In this document: positions 1 through 13,192 of the stretch, piece after piece | Numbering within the stretch: position 1 is the first letter of the stretch | How the letters are laid out: the number at the start of each line of letters is the position of its first letter | From: Octopus sinensis | Lineage: Eukaryota | DNA length: 64,000 nt | Direction: 5' to 3' | Assembly: GCF_006345805.1 (NCBI RefSeq) | Contig: NC_043002.1 | Coordinates: forward strand, 52,886,001 to 52,950,000 | Translations under genes and position numbers: made by a program | The notes under the pieces: model-generated | Seen by the model: the letters and a program-made list of their open reading frames with translations, nothing else | What the model was told of the DNA's origin: nothing | The model's database searches: none

Positions 1-1104
1 ACAACATAAGTGACCATTTAAACTACATTATGTGAACTGCAGAGAAACTACCTTAAAAATTGATTGGAAAATTAAGTCATTCACTTTAACCAAACAAAAT
101 TAATCAGAGAGAATAGAAAATGGAGAACAATTCTAACAGATGCTGCTTCCCACAGAAATACTAAATTGCAGACTGGTAACAGTAATAGCAGCCTAAAAAC
201 AATGGCTAAGAAAGAATAAGTAGAAGTTGCAGTTTACTTGGATCTTATAAGCCTAATTCCTATGCAAGTTACTAACATCAAAGAGACATGAATGGAAAAG
301 AAAGTAAAAATCAATAAATTTTCTTCTTCTTTTTTAGCTAAATAGTTTAATTTAGTTCAGTAGAGAACATCTGCTACTGAGTACCATAATACAGAGGTGT
401 ACTAAACCTCAGGTCAGCACGATATACAGAAGAGGAATCAATTGCTTCCATTTTTTGTTTTGTATTATGGTATCCTTTATTTTATATTAGAAGCCTGTTA
501 CTTAAAAAACAAATATTTTAAAAAATTGCTTACATGCATGAATACATGAATCACTAAATGCACTGATATTTCCCCCACTTTTTTCTATTATTTATGATAC
601 ATATTACAAAATTCAAAGTTTTATGCTTTTATTAACCAGACTTAAGCCTCCCTTAGAATTGCATAATGGTACTGCTAATAATGCATTTTTCTCTCTCAGC
701 AACAGTAAATTCAATAACAGCTGTCACTGGTCTTACCAAACATAGTAAAAGTTTCATGGCAAGTTCACAAAATCTACGATACTTATAGCATCATTTATGA
801 TTAATATAATTTATTGCATTTATCCAGCCTAAAGCAAGATATTTGGCATGGTACTAGATCAAGATGTAAGCTAAATCGCAACACAATAATACATAATTGC
901 AACACACTCAAATCTCTGATGTGTAATACACAGAAAAGATAAACAATTTTTCAATATCAGATGATTATAAAGTTTCTTTTTAATAACTAAGAATAAAGAA
1001 TAGGTAAATATTTTCAAAAGAAAGTCGATCATTTACATACAACTCGCATACACTCACCACTATATATACACATATTTATACACACAGTGCAGTAGTTTAC
1101 TGAC

Positions 1105-1204
1105 CTGCATTGACTGTTATGGCCTCAATGAACTGTTCTCTCCAGGAAGAAGTGCTAACGACAAGAGATAAGTTAGCTTTCTTTAGTAACTTGTCAACCA
1201 CACT
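1105..1204 (-). CDS. NCX: Na+/Ca2+ exchanger (SLC8/NCX) constitutive exon, CBD2 C-terminus: SVVDKLLKKANLSLVVSTSSWREQFIEAITVNA(G/E)
   Basis: Acceptor atttccttttatcttttcag|AGT, donor GCAG|gtcagt; 100 nt, phase 0 to 1. The peptide matches the conserved NCX motif (vertebrate NCX1 STVDKLIKKTNLALVVGTNSWREQFIEAITVSAG, from memory). Confidence 0.97.
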
Positions 1205-1789
1205 CTGAAAAGATAAAAGGAAATGTGATTTGATTCCAAATGGTAGCAGGTAAATATTTCATCCTCACAGTTAATCTAGGTTAGGTGAGGGACGTTAGAG
1301 GGAATAGCTGGGTGTGTTTGTTAGGTTCTCAGACAACCAGACAAAATACTGGCAGTTTTCAACCTAACATTACACTATGTGTTTTTTTTAATGGTCAAGT
1401 TCACCAAGTTGAAAATAGACACCCTATGTTCAGAACAACTCACCATTATAAGCAATAACATTGCAGAGCGATATAGTGTAATGTCAGTGTGTACGGATGA
1501 CAAAGAACAGATTTGTCGAGAGAAAAATTGGGTATAAGAAGAAAAAGTGTGCTAGTGGCACAACTGCAGTGGTAAGGGCAAGTGATGCATACAGCTGATG
1601 ACAGTTTGGTGAAGGAGTGCCAGGAGATCTACATAGAATTACAAAAAAATGGAAGCAGAAGATATGGGTAGGAGTGGTGAAATCTGATCTCAAGATGCTG
1701 AACTTCATAAAGGAACACAATAGATAAGTGATGGGACACTTTTAAAACCAATAAAGCCAGCGATTGTGATAGCATAGTAAAATTGACAA

Positions 1790-2135
1790 GTAGCTAGTTA
1801 GCATACAGTGGGCACTTTGTCAATTGTAATGATGACCATTCCAACTGACCTGGTCAACAGAACAGCCTGCTAGTGAAATTAACGTGTCAGTGGCTGAGCA
1901 CTTCAGAGACACATGTACCCTTAACATAATTCTCAGGGAGATTCAGTGTGACACAAGATGTAACAAGGCTGGCCCTTTGAAATACAAGTATAACTCACTT
2001 ATGCCAGCTAAGTGAACTGAAGCAATGTGAAGTAAAGAGTCTTGCTCAAGGACACAATGTGCTGCCAGAAATCAAACTCATGGCAAAATGATTGTCGGCC
2101 AAATACCCTACCCACTAAGCCATATACCTTCACAG
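1790..2135 (-). mobile_element. SINE family D copy (tRNA-derived head)
   Basis: Shares gaaatacag.t...ctcatttttgccagctgagtggactggagcaa.gtgaaataaagtgtcttgctcaaggacacaa with 31000-31280, 17580-17900 and 45725-46058. Confidence 0.75.
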
Positions 2136-2761
2136 TTAGCATTAAGTACTGAGTTTAACACCTGGGGAAATAACTTTGAGAAGAACAAGACTGATCAATT
2201 TGTATTAACCTAGATACCCAGTTTTAGGAGAAAGTCTTTGATAGAATCTCACGAAACAAAGACTCAACAAGTTATGAGAATAATATAAAACAGTCAAAAC
2301 GTTGGTATTAAATTTTAAAGAACTGTTCCTAATCTCATTAGGGAAAACTAAAAAAAAAATGCTTATAAATTTCTAGAAATTCTGTGAACTAGTATTTTAT
2401 CTAAGAAAGTAAGTCACTGAAACACAATAAAACTGTTCCTTCTGCTTTATATATGATACTTGAAAATTGATGATAAATATAGTATTGTTGGGAGTCATAA
2501 AAAAACAAGTCAATTATTTTGCTAAGTTGAAATCATCTTATAAAGGTAAAGATAAAACTCTGTTCTAGCTTTGAATTGCTTTTAATTCAGTGTTCCTTTG
2601 CACTTCAATGACTACAACTGAAAATACAGTGTTTGGGCTAAATTTGACAGTTTGTGTAAAAGGAAAAGAAAGCATAATATCCCATCAAAAAAATAAAAGT
2701 ATCTAAAGAAAAACAAAAAAAAAACACCAACTAGATTATGGCTGGGAGATATCAATTTACT

Positions 2762-3175
2762 AAAAGTAGCCACTCTCAGCTCCCATCATGGAATGAAAAT
2801 TGTTCTGGAACCTAGTGCATGTGTTCCCCACTGTGTTCTTGGAAAGATTTTCGAACAGTTCCTTGATATTGATCAACCAGCTTGGTCTTGGTGTTGCAGG
2901 CAGAGCAGTTGGTGTCTTTCTCAACTGCATCCCATAGTAATCCATGGGATTATAATTGGGAGAGAGGTCAGAAACTAGGGAAGGTGAATTCATAGAAATT
3001 TTCTGACAACCACTTCTGTCATTTTTCTGGAGGTATGGCAAAGAGTCAAATCTTGCTGCCACACATATGACTTTCCAGTAGCAACCCTTTCCAGCCGGGG
3101 ATTTACCATAGTCACCAACAGTTTCACATAGCCGTCTGAATTGAGCTTAAGGGCCTGTTCAAAGATGTGAAGATG
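2762..3175 (-). mobile_element. Degenerate Tc1/mariner (maT/DD37D-like) transposase, catalytic and C-terminal part
   Basis: Frameshifted translation HIFEQ..LKLNSDGYVKLLVTMVNPRLERVATGKSYVWQQD..CHTS..NPMDYY/WDAVEKDTN..INIKELFENLSKNTVGNTCTRFQNNFHSMMGAESGYF; resembles the WQQDxAPxH and WPPxSPDLNPxDYxVW motifs. Confidence 0.85.
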
Positions 3176-3194
3176 AACTCAGGTTTGGTATGCA

Positions 3195-3396
3195 GATGCG
3201 GGTGGCACGTAAAAAGCACCCACTACACTCACAGAGTGGTTGGCGTTAGGTAGGGCATCCAGCCGTAGAAACACTGCCAGATCTGACTGGGCCTGATGAA
3301 GCCTTCCGGCTTCACAGACCCCAGTTGAACCGTCCAACCTATGCTAGCATGGAAGACGGACGCTAAAAGATGATGATGATGATGATGATGATGATG
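3195..3396 (+). mobile_element. SINE family A copy ((GAT)n tail), inserted in the transposase
   Basis: Core gcacccactacactc..gtggttggcgttagg.agggcatccagc.gtagaaa plus (gat)n tail; recurs at about 15140, 24040, 25720, 27030, 33510, 34120, 40780, 43190 and 48775. Confidence 0.85.
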
Positions 3397-3570
3397 CAGT
3401 CAGAATGACCATTGTGTCCTGCTGGCCAGGACTATTTAGTCTCCGTTGCAGTTATCCATGCCATGTCTTACAGCCTTTACAGTGTTTACAGAGCACTGAG
3501 CAGCAGCCATGATGTTGACATTTTGATATGAGGTGTGAATCCTCATGTTACTCTTCTCCAACATTCAGAT
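3397..3570 (-). mobile_element. N-terminal (HTH) remnant of the same maT-like transposase, separated by a SINE
   Basis: Translation NIMAAAQCSVNTVKAVRHGMDNCNGD resembles the N-terminus of maT-type transposases; collinear with 2762-3175. Confidence 0.55.
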
Positions 3571-4564
3571 AGCTTCCGGCCTCCATGTTAGCTAACTTTT
3601 TCTCTCAGCAACAACTTTCATTTTTATGCTCTCCAATAACTGTTTACCAGGAGACCTGAAACATCATCAAATTTAGCCTTTTTACAGTGTAAGCACAAGT
3701 AGAACCTGACATTGTATAGTGTGAATGAAAATAATACTTAGGAACATGTTATTTAAAAAAATTACTCAACCGAATAGAAATGAGCCAGTAAAGGAGATTA
3801 TGCTATTGTTCAGATTGCTGAACATAGCAGCTAAATCTCTCTTAAATTATGTCCTGTTATAAAAACAAAAAAGAAAAAGTACAGTGGATAAGGTAGTTCT
3901 AAATACACTATCTAAATAAAAGAGCAGATAGAGGTGGGTGAGAGATGTATGCTTGGGTATACAAGATGTGGAATTCAAGAGATAAATTCATGAAGCTGAA
4001 ATTACCTCAACCATTTCCCAATAACCAGCTATGGAGATACGGTTGACAATAAGTGCAAGCAAAGACTTTTTAACCATAGCACGTCTTTCAAATACATTGT
4101 AAAATGGACTATCACAGCACAGGCCAACTATAATTGTATGAGGCATGTTTATGAAGTGAAATGTAGCATAGTAGTAGAATATGAGCAGTGAATGTGTAGG
4201 ATGTGTGAAAGATGGAAAAAAATATGGGGTAAAGATGCTCCAATGGATGTATAATGTTATATACATAAATGATGGAATACAAACAAGCAGACAAAGAAAC
4301 TAGATATTAGAAGAAATTATACTGGTATGGACATGTGATAAGTCTGGAAGATAATAAATTGATCCAGTGGAAGGAATCTGAAGAACAGTAACTTCTAGGA
4401 AGAAATGGGGAGGAAAAGTGGTGAGGGCTGATCTCAACACTCTACCAACACTACCACCATAAATATGCATAATTGTTTTTTTGCTTTTCTTTGTTTTATT
4501 CAGTAAAAAAAAAAGCAAAGGAATCAATGTTCTGTGGATGTTTTCATAAATCAAAGACACTGAC

Positions 4565-4686
4565 CTTGAATTCTGTGCTCTCAGTTATGTGAACTGTAAT
4601 CTTGATATTTTCACCACGTCTCGGTTTACCAAGTTCCACCAATACAGGGTCATCTTCCTCCTGCTGTACATTTTCAGAACTACTAC
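4565..4686 (-). CDS. NCX: NCX constitutive exon: (G)SSSENVQQEEDDPVLVELGKPRRGENIKITVHITESTEFK
   Basis: Acceptor ttttctgtctcttttag|GT, donor CAAG|gtcagt; 122 nt, phase 1 to 0; splices in frame to 1105-1204. Matches NCX1 IAEMGRPILGEHTKLEVIIEESYEFK and squid NCX DDDPVLAELGKPRRGENIKITVHI as recalled. Confidence 0.97.
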
Positions 4687-5019
4687 CTAAAAGAGACAGA
4701 AAAAAGAACAAAACAAGTTAAAAAAAAAGAAGCCTTTTGAAGATAACAGGAATGATGAAGTAGAGAGAGAGAGAGGAAAACAGAAATTAAATTCAGAGAA
4801 CTATATTTACAAAATTATTCCATAGGAAAAATCAAGCAAATGATTTCTGGTTAAATTAGAAATGTTACATTTATTTCATAAAACGTTAATAAAGAAATTC
4901 AATATATTTTGTGCCAAGGTAAACTGTAAAATGACCAAGCCATTTATTAAACATCTCTATCAACAATTTAGTGACATTTTAAAAAGACAAATCAACTGGA
5001 AGGAACAAGAATAGAAACT

Positions 5020-5053
<34 letters not shown>

Positions 5054-6957
5054 AAGAAACTAGTAGAGTGAGAACAGTTTGAAGAATGAATAAACACATA
5101 CTTCATAAAGCTGTTTAAATATTCGCATAGCAATCAACATTTTAGCAATCAAAGCCAAGAAGTAAATCAGAGTATGATATATAATAACAAAACTAAGCAA
5201 TGTGCTGTCGCATATGTGTTCACAGGTGTGCTAAAACCTCAAGTGATGTAAAAGTAAACCATATTTGACATTCACTCACCATTCTTCTATTGTATTAGTC
5301 TATTCCTGTATAGCTTTGAGGTGTTTATTCAGATAATTAGAAAGTCAAGATTTGAATCTGAAAATCTTGTAATTTATTATTATATATTTTTTTAAAAAGG
5401 AAAAAAAAAACAAAAACAAAAAAAAACATTTACCCAACAATCTCAATTATATTATGGATGTATAAAAACTTCATTAATACATATGGTAACACTAGCATGC
5501 TAATGCCATTTTGCTGCATATTTGAAAGAATCTATAGTTTAAAAACACATATAATACCAAATAACATCTTGTCATATCATAGTGAACCCAAGTTCCTTCA
5601 TAATCCTAATAATCCTGATGGAAAAACTTATTACAGCCATGAGCAAACTGTGGTCTGGAGGACTTGCGGAATGAAATGCTCAACTTCATGAGGAAAATGA
5701 TATACATATGCATAATTGTGCAACTTGCCTGATTATGGGTTATGTCTCATGCAGCCTGGTTCTCAAGAAAGGCTGCCTACTCCTGATTTATTGCATACTT
5801 TTAAACTTATCTTTCTTCAAGTTTCATTGAAAAGAAAATTATAATTTGTGTACTTGTTGATCTGGTAGACGTAATTTGTTACTCAGCTTAATATTCCACT
5901 ACCCGACCCTTCGATACCTATAGTAGTATTCCCTCAGTTGCAAGCAGCTTTGGAGATCCTCTAAAATGGACATGAGTGCTATCAATCCTCTCTGATGCTC
6001 ACATAATAAATATAATAGAATAAACAAATAAATAAAAGCCACATTCTTAAAAAAAGACAGCTATGCCATTTATATTCTTTTGGTGAATATTTTAATGAAT
6101 ATAACAGTTTTAAAAACTTAGGCTTTTTTTATATATTCTCCTCTTATTTTAGATGTTTTAAATAAGAACTTTCTTTCCATCCTTATAAAGGAAAGGAAGA
6201 ACAACATTTAATAACTTAGTATTTCCAAAATTATTTTATCAAAATTCTTTAAAAATATATTAAAAGTTTGAAAGAAATATGTGCTTTAGACACCAAACAT
6301 AATGGCAGAAGCTCTGAGTCATAGATATTAGCCCAGAGATTGTTTTAAACATAAAAATGCACATATACGATGAGGTTTTGATTGTTTTTTTTTTATTTGA
6401 AAAGAATGTTGCTTCAAATAATTCTAATAACTTTGTAGGACTATAACGCTGCAAAAAAATAAAATGAAACATAACCATACACATTAGTCCGCACTTTCAT
6501 GATGAAAGTTCAATACTGAAGAACGAAAAGAAACAATCAGGAAATTTCTTAAAATTGTTTTTCTTTCCAGAGAAAGTGAATGCAGTGCTTTTATAAGTTC
6601 ACATGAAATCACTGGCTGAAAATGAAAAACCAATTGAATATGTGTGGAGATGTATTTCCTGTCAGAGCAAACTCAAACCTTTATGATCTCTTCTATTAGA
6701 TGTAAAAACAAAATCTACCCCACAGTCACATCTACAATACACAAGAACAGTACTAGAATGTTCTAAAAACATTATCTCTCCCATTTGGTACACAGAAACA
6801 TAAAATACACTGGCACACAAAAATGGTTGCATCCTTAATATGTTCAATAACCTCAGACAGTGTGTTGCAATACACATCACCAATGATAAGTGCAGGCAAA
6901 CAACAACTGTTATGCACAGGTATATCTTGAACAGAACAAAAGATCTGTGGGTCACAC

Positions 6958-7013
6958 CTTTGGCATTTAGCCAATTACATGTGTTAAAGGTCTGCTCTTT
7001 GCTCATGGATCGC
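6958..7013 (-). CDS. Candidate 56-nt exon (phase 2 to 1): RSMSKEQTFNTCNWLNAK|G
   Basis: Acceptor ttgcttttttgttgccctag|G, weak donor AAAG|gtgtga; the frame stays open to 6662. Confidence 0.3.
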
Positions 7014-7304
7014 CTAGGGCAACAAAAAAGCAACAACAACCTTACTTTAAAAGACATGGTAAAAGGCACTTAAATTAGAACCATCCTGTTTTATTCAATT
7101 TCTTTCTTTTTTTCCAATCAGTGTATGTCCTGAGCTATCTTATCTAATGTATCATTCCTTTTTAAAATGGTAGCTTCAATCAACAAAAAATCAGCTATTA
7201 TTTCCAGCAAGTCAAGAAACTGCAAAGAAAGGCTCCTTTGTTTGTTCAACAATTTACAGTATTAAGCAGAGACAGAACTCCAAAACTGATTAATGTTAAT
7301 ATAT

Positions 7305-7520
7305 TGGTTTCAAATTTTGGTACAAGGCCAGCAGTTTCGGGGAAGGGGTGGGGGTAAGTCAATTACATCGACCCCAGTACTCAACTGGTACTTATTTTAT
7401 CAACTCCCAAAGTATGGAAGACAAAGTCGACCTGGGCAGCATGCGAACTCAGAACATAAAGACAGCCTAAATGCTGCTAAACATTTTGCCTGGGATGCTA
7501 CCAATTCTGCCACTTTGCTG
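7305..7520 (-). mobile_element. SINE family B copy
   Basis: Core catcgaccccagt..tcaactggtactt.tttatc.acccc.aaagga.gaaaggcaaagtcgac; more than 12 copies in the window (about 8095, 11565, 13975, 20974, 31880, 35220, 35455, 35705, 41355, 45495, 46085, 59270). Confidence 0.8.
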
Positions 7521-9337
7521 CTGAGATTAATGCTGGTATATTAATACTAAAATCACAGCATCTATGAAGCTGCTATGACTGAATGGATTACAGAATCTGT
7601 TAACTATATCAACAGGATGCTGGGATTGATTATTGACTAATATTGAATAGGCTATAGCACTTAAGAAATTTTCATTGTGCTGTGTAAAGGCCGATATTAC
7701 AGGCTACATTTAACACAACTGAAAGAAATAAAACAAAAATAAAGCACCACTCCTACCAGACAATTAAATGGTAAATAGCAGAGAGGAAATAGTTTTATGA
7801 TCCTATAAGTTTACACAAATCACTGCTGAACCATCTGCAATCCATGCTAGCAGGATTTTCATTGTACCTTGCTTTGTTTTGTTTTTGTTGCATAAAAATG
7901 CTCTGCAAAGGGTGCTTGACAGTACGCGTTAGTAACATTAGTTAAGAACAGTTTCATGAGAAGAGAAGAGCAGGCTAGAATTATAACTGATTGATTTAAC
8001 TGTAATAATGAATCATTCATTAATGGAATATATTCAGATGTTTTCATAAAATAATAATAATAATAATAATAACAATAACAGTGATAATAATAATCCTTTC
8101 TACTATAGACACAAGGCCTAAAATTTAGCGGGAGGGACTAGTTGATTACATCGAACCCAGTGTTTTACTGGTACTTAATTTGTCAACCCCGAAAGGATGA
8201 AAGGCAAAGTTGACCACAGCGGAATTTGAACTCAGGACGTAGCGATGGGCGAAATGCCACTAAGCATTTTGCCCAGCATGCTAACAATTCTGCTAGCTTA
8301 CTGCCTTCACTAATAATAATAATAGTAATAATCATGATCATAATCATGATGATGATGATGATGATCATTATGATGATGATGATGATGATAGTAACCACAA
8401 AAATAATATTAATAAGAAGCAGAAGAAGAACAACAACAAATAAACTGAAAGGAAAATCCACTAAGTTGTTTGCCTACTAATACCAGCAGAGCAACATATA
8501 TATATACTCACTAATTTTTACTGTCTTTTAAGACAAACAGACACACAGACAAATGCTAGACGAAAAATATGTCTCTTCTTTGTGCTTACTTTCTTCTTTT
8601 TCATTTTTTGTTCTTTGTTTTGTCTACATGTATAACCTTGAAGTTGCATTAGTGTTGAAGAAATTAAGAACACATTTATCGATCATCTGAGACTGAATCA
8701 GGCCACAATAATAATAATGATAATAATAATAATAAAAATAATAATAATAATAATAGTGAAAAATCTACTCTACATAAAAACCAATCAGCGAGTAAAGAGG
8801 GACAGGAAGCTGGAACACTGTTGATCAGTGCAAAGCGCTGGTAAGGCCACTTGATGAAAAAAATTAAAAATTATACATAAAGAAATAGCAAAAGGCAAAA
8901 TGTTTTCAAAAAAATTAGCCAAAAAGAAAGGCAATCTGAAGTATATTATTAAGGAGAAACAGAAGCAGACAAACTGTTGGTATAAAAAAAAAAAGGAAAG
9001 AAAAAGAAAAAGTGGAAAACTATTTAATAGAACATGTACATTTGTATTGTTAATGAGTAGAAAATGAAGCCTTATGTAAAAACCATACAGAACATATGAT
9101 TGAATAAATGAATAAGTTAAGGGATATATAGACACAGACATAGCTGTGTGATTATTGAGAAGCTTGCTTTGCAAACACATGGTTTCAGGTTCAATCCCAC
9201 TGTGTGTGGAATTCTATCATATACACATGTACATGTGTGTGTGTGCATGTGTATATAGTTAGCTGTAACTTGATGCAATGAAATGTTCTTTGATGATCCA
9301 TTGTAATTAAGCATCTAAATGCACTCAGAACACTTAC

Positions 9338-9380
9338 CGGAGGGCTCCAAACAGCCATACTGGTGAAATGTGCATAGGAA
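9338..9380 (-). CDS. Candidate 43-nt exon (phase 1 to 2): (V)PMHISPVWLFGALR
   Basis: Consensus donor CCG|gtaagt, weak acceptor tttatattatag|; open in the NCX frame; the frame is restored by the 56-nt candidate at 6958-7013. Confidence 0.3.
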
Positions 9381-9412
9381 CTATAATATAAACTCATACT
9401 TAACCTTATTTC

Positions 9413-9449
<37 letters not shown>

Positions 9450-9450
<1 letters not shown>

Positions 9451-9842
9451 TTATTCAGTTTTATTTCAAGATTTCTTGCCAATAGAGGAAGAACTAGTTT
9501 CTAACCTAGATCCAAGGCTCCTTCATTGGAATTTCAACAACATCAACAGGGTAATTTTTTTTTGTGTGTGTATGTATGTGTGTGTGTGTGCCGATTTGTT
9601 TGTTTTATTTTGTGTATGTATGCTCATGCATATAGTTGCATGTCTAGAAATGCTCATATATACTTAAATGTTAAACTTCTCGAAAGGTTTACAGATTTTT
9701 ACAGTTCCAGTGATGGCTTGGAACTGTAGTCTTTGAATAAGCTGTCTCCTTTCTGGCTTTGAGAAGCCTAATTTTTCAAGATTGGTATTTAGGCAGTATG
9801 TTACATATCCCAGTACCCCAATAATTATGGGTATAAACTTAT
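9450..9842 (-). mobile_element. 3' end of an R4/Dong-like (REL-endonuclease) non-LTR retrotransposon
   Basis: KFIPIIIGVLGYVTYCLNTNLEKLGFSKPERRQLIQRLQFQAITGTVKICKPFEKFNI* resembles the PxxIGALG...Q..A..GT..I C-terminal motif of REL elements; the downstream 3' UTR is inferred. Confidence 0.65.
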
Positions 9843-11760
9843 TTGTATGTATGTATGTATGCATGCATGCATGTGTATGCTTGTTTGTGTGTCTGTCTGC
9901 ATTGTCTGACAACTGATATTGGTTCGTTTAATAATTTAGCGGTTCAGTAAAGTGAGTACCAGACTTTCAAAACATAGGTACTAAGGTTAATTTGTTTGAC
10001 TAAACTGTTTAAAGCAGTGCCCTACTTGGATTACTGAAGCAAATCAAAGATATGATATACCAAATGACAAGATGGTCATGGCAAAAATGCTTTTGGCAAT
10101 AGAGCAGCGCCATCAAGGCTAAGCTTTGGATTAAACAATAAACTGCTGTTCATGTCATATTTGTAGCAGAATTAGAGAAATTATTAACGAACAGTTAAAA
10201 AAAAAAGTTTAAATTCATTAAACCATATTTGTCCTCCTTAGGACATAAATGGATTTATTATGAGCCAATGAGTAAGCTTCTTCCAACATGGAAAATACCA
10301 GTCAACTCTCTTTTAATTTGCAGCAAATCAAATTTAATACAAAAAAAAAAAAGGACACACAGGGTAGCTTTAGATGCAGTGTGCTTGTAAATAAGAGATG
10401 GTAACAATTGAAATGTTTTTCATCATAAGTCTACTCTTTCATCATTTTCCCCAATGAGAATTGCTATGGCAGATAACACAAAGGTTGTATTGTACATGGA
10501 TTTGTGTGCAGAAATGTTCAAATGTTTAAGATGTATACACTCCCATTCCAAATATTTTCTCCAGGAATAGCATCATGTTTTCAGAATACCCATGTTCCTA
10601 AAAATATATATGCTTGTTGTGTATCTCATTTATCAAATAGCAAAAAGACCTGTACGAGAAAAAGGTTAAAAGACTGTGTAGGTATCTTTATGTTTGCACT
10701 CAACAAAAGTTACTCCCTATGCTGTTGTCACTCCTGTTAACAAATCACCTACTTTCATGTTTTCAAAGATTTGTGAAATAAGAGATGATCCCTTATGAAA
10801 GTAAAAAGCTAAAGATAGCAGCAGGAAGGGATTCCAGCTGCCCAGCTATAAAACAATGCTTCAATGGTATATTTGTGTAACCCGTGCTAGCATTAGAAAA
10901 TGAACATAAAATGAAATTTTAATTCAAAATTTTTATTATCCTTAATTTCTGAATGAGAGTAGAGAAGTGTAAAAACTGTTATGTGAAAGCTTTACATGGA
11001 GAGAAACTGTATTTAAATGAAAGATATTTCAGCTGTTTACAATATTTTATGGTTTTACTTTCTGTATTTGCTAGCATTTTTGAAATAATGTTTCCCACAT
11101 TTATGGTGCTTTCTGCTGCCACTGATGAAATAGAAACACAAGCATATACTTTGATGAACATGTTGCCTCTTAGAACTATAATATCAGTATGTGATGCAAG
11201 TAAAGTGTATGTGTGTGTACGCACATGTTGTCAAATGGTTAAGTTAACTTCAGAACCATGAGGTCTCAATGTTTGATCTCAGAGCACAGCATCTTGGGCA
11301 AATGTCATTGTTTTTCTTATAGCCATGGGTAGACTCATAACTGAGCAGATGGAAAGTGTATAGAAGCCTGTCAGATACACTCTATTCGTGATTCAAAGTA
11401 CAATCTTGTCACACAATGTGTCATGCAGATTCTGTCTAAGAATTATCTTAATGATACAAATAACTATGGAATACTCAGCCACTTACATATAATTCAAGTG
11501 ACTCAAACGAATCCCCATCATTGAAATCAGCAGAAATCTATTCTTCTATCTATATATAACTATTTTCTAGGCCTGAAATTTAACTGGCAGGGACTAGTTG
11601 ATTACATCGACCTCAGTGTTTCACTGGTACTTAATTTATCGACCCCGAATAGATGAAAGACATAGTCGACCTTGGCAGAATTTGAACTCAGAATGTAGCA
11701 ACGGGTGAAATGCTGCGAGCATTTTGTCCAGTGTGCTAACAATTCTGCCAGCTTTCCACT

Positions 11761-11801
<41 letters not shown>

Positions 11802-13009
11802 TTATTTACCATGATTTAAAACAGAACTTAGAATGTAGAGATAGCAAAAATGGCCTGATAATGCTGCTATCATAGGTTTGCTTGATCAGTACTGACATGG
11901 AACTTAACAACAATAGTAAGTTGTTGATTGTGGATCTGCAAAAACACTTTTTTTATTTTTGTAATGGGCTGGGTGAGGTAATTCATCACTCATTCCTCAC
12001 AGCTGTATGAACAGCACTTTAAGGCGAGGGCTTTGGCATATTTGTGCCTTATATGGGTGTCACCAGATGTTCAGGACTGAAGTATTCTCTAGCTCTGAGA
12101 AAGGAAACCTCAAAATAATTTTGTGTTTCAACCCCTTGGCTATGTGAAAAATGTAACGTAACTGTAAGAGTATGAAAGGAAAGAATGAGAAGACAAAGCA
12201 TTTATAGGAAATGACTAGTTAAGCACACACAAACAGAAGCTCATATTACAGAATAGATTTAATGTTTACCGAGGAATCCTCGCATCAGTAGAAACTATTA
12301 AACAACTCCCTCTATGTACACATACATAGACAAAAGAGAAAATTCATAAAAAACATCCCATAGCAAAACACAAGCTTTGTTTCATAATAGGAACATTAAT
12401 TAAATTGTTTTCACAGATTTCAGAGTGCCTGTGAAGTCCAGTGGGTTGGCTACTTCATCCAGACCAACACAATATAAATAGATAAATAAAGCTAAAAATA
12501 AAAAAAAAAGAAACAAAAGAATATTGCAATTAGAATTATCCTTAGTGGATTAACTGCTGCTAATTTTATTGTTCACTAAGTGATGACAGATAAAATTAAA
12601 CCTTTTGAAATATGAAGAAGTATAACAGATACTCCAAAAATAATGTGCACATCTGTATGGGCATGATTGAGCATATGCAAATTTATGTTATACAGGGCAG
12701 AAGAATGCATAATCCTGAAATAAAAGAGTCTTTTTTTTTTATTATTATCATTATTCTGTGTTCAATGACTGAGAATGTGTCAAGGTAAAAAGAAAAAAAT
12801 CTATGTCAAGGGAGATAATGAAGTCTAGAGACTCATCTACTAAAGGAGGATGGAGTATTTTCTATGTCAGAGAATACATCAAGGGAGGAAAACTAACCAG
12901 GAGATAAGTTATGAAACTAGTTTCTACTAGAATTGGTTTGGTACATAGGTTTTCATTGTGCAAAACAATGGCAAATCCTAGATTTTCCAGAACTTGACCT
13001 TAAACTGAC

Positions 13010-13192
13010 CTGATGCATGGTGCATAGTTGCTAAAGAAAAGTTGCTATCACTTGACTGGTGAATTGGCTGTTTCTCTTTCTCCTCTCTATCTGCATGCAT
13101 ATAACTTGATGATGGAAAAGTTTCCAGTGCTGTACTTAACCTATCATCAGAGCTGGTTTGAGATATTTTTCGAAAAAAATGAGATATGGTAC
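13010..13192 (-). CDS. NCX: Putative NCX cassette exon, paralogue 3 (183 nt): GTISHFFRKISQTSSDDRLSTALETFPSSSYMHADREEKEKQPIHQSSDSNFSLATMHHAS|G
   Basis: Acceptor tgtgttccattctag|GT ACC, donor GCA TCA G|gtcagt; length divisible by 3, phase 1/1, stop-free in the NCX frame; shares N- and C-terminal motifs with 18003-18194 and 28587-28757. Confidence 0.78.

Noticed and set aside
1846-1856. ctgacctg motif identical to the cassette donor signature
   Set aside because: Lies within a family D SINE body; similar hits near 30830 and 42230 are also in repeat-like context, and none has an open in-frame exon upstream.
12270-12311. 42-nt (or 25-nt) exon-like segment with CG|gtaaac donor
   Set aside because: The 42-nt form has a stop in the NCX frame. 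The 25-nt form needs a weak internal acceptor, though it would be phase-compatible with the 7013 acceptor.
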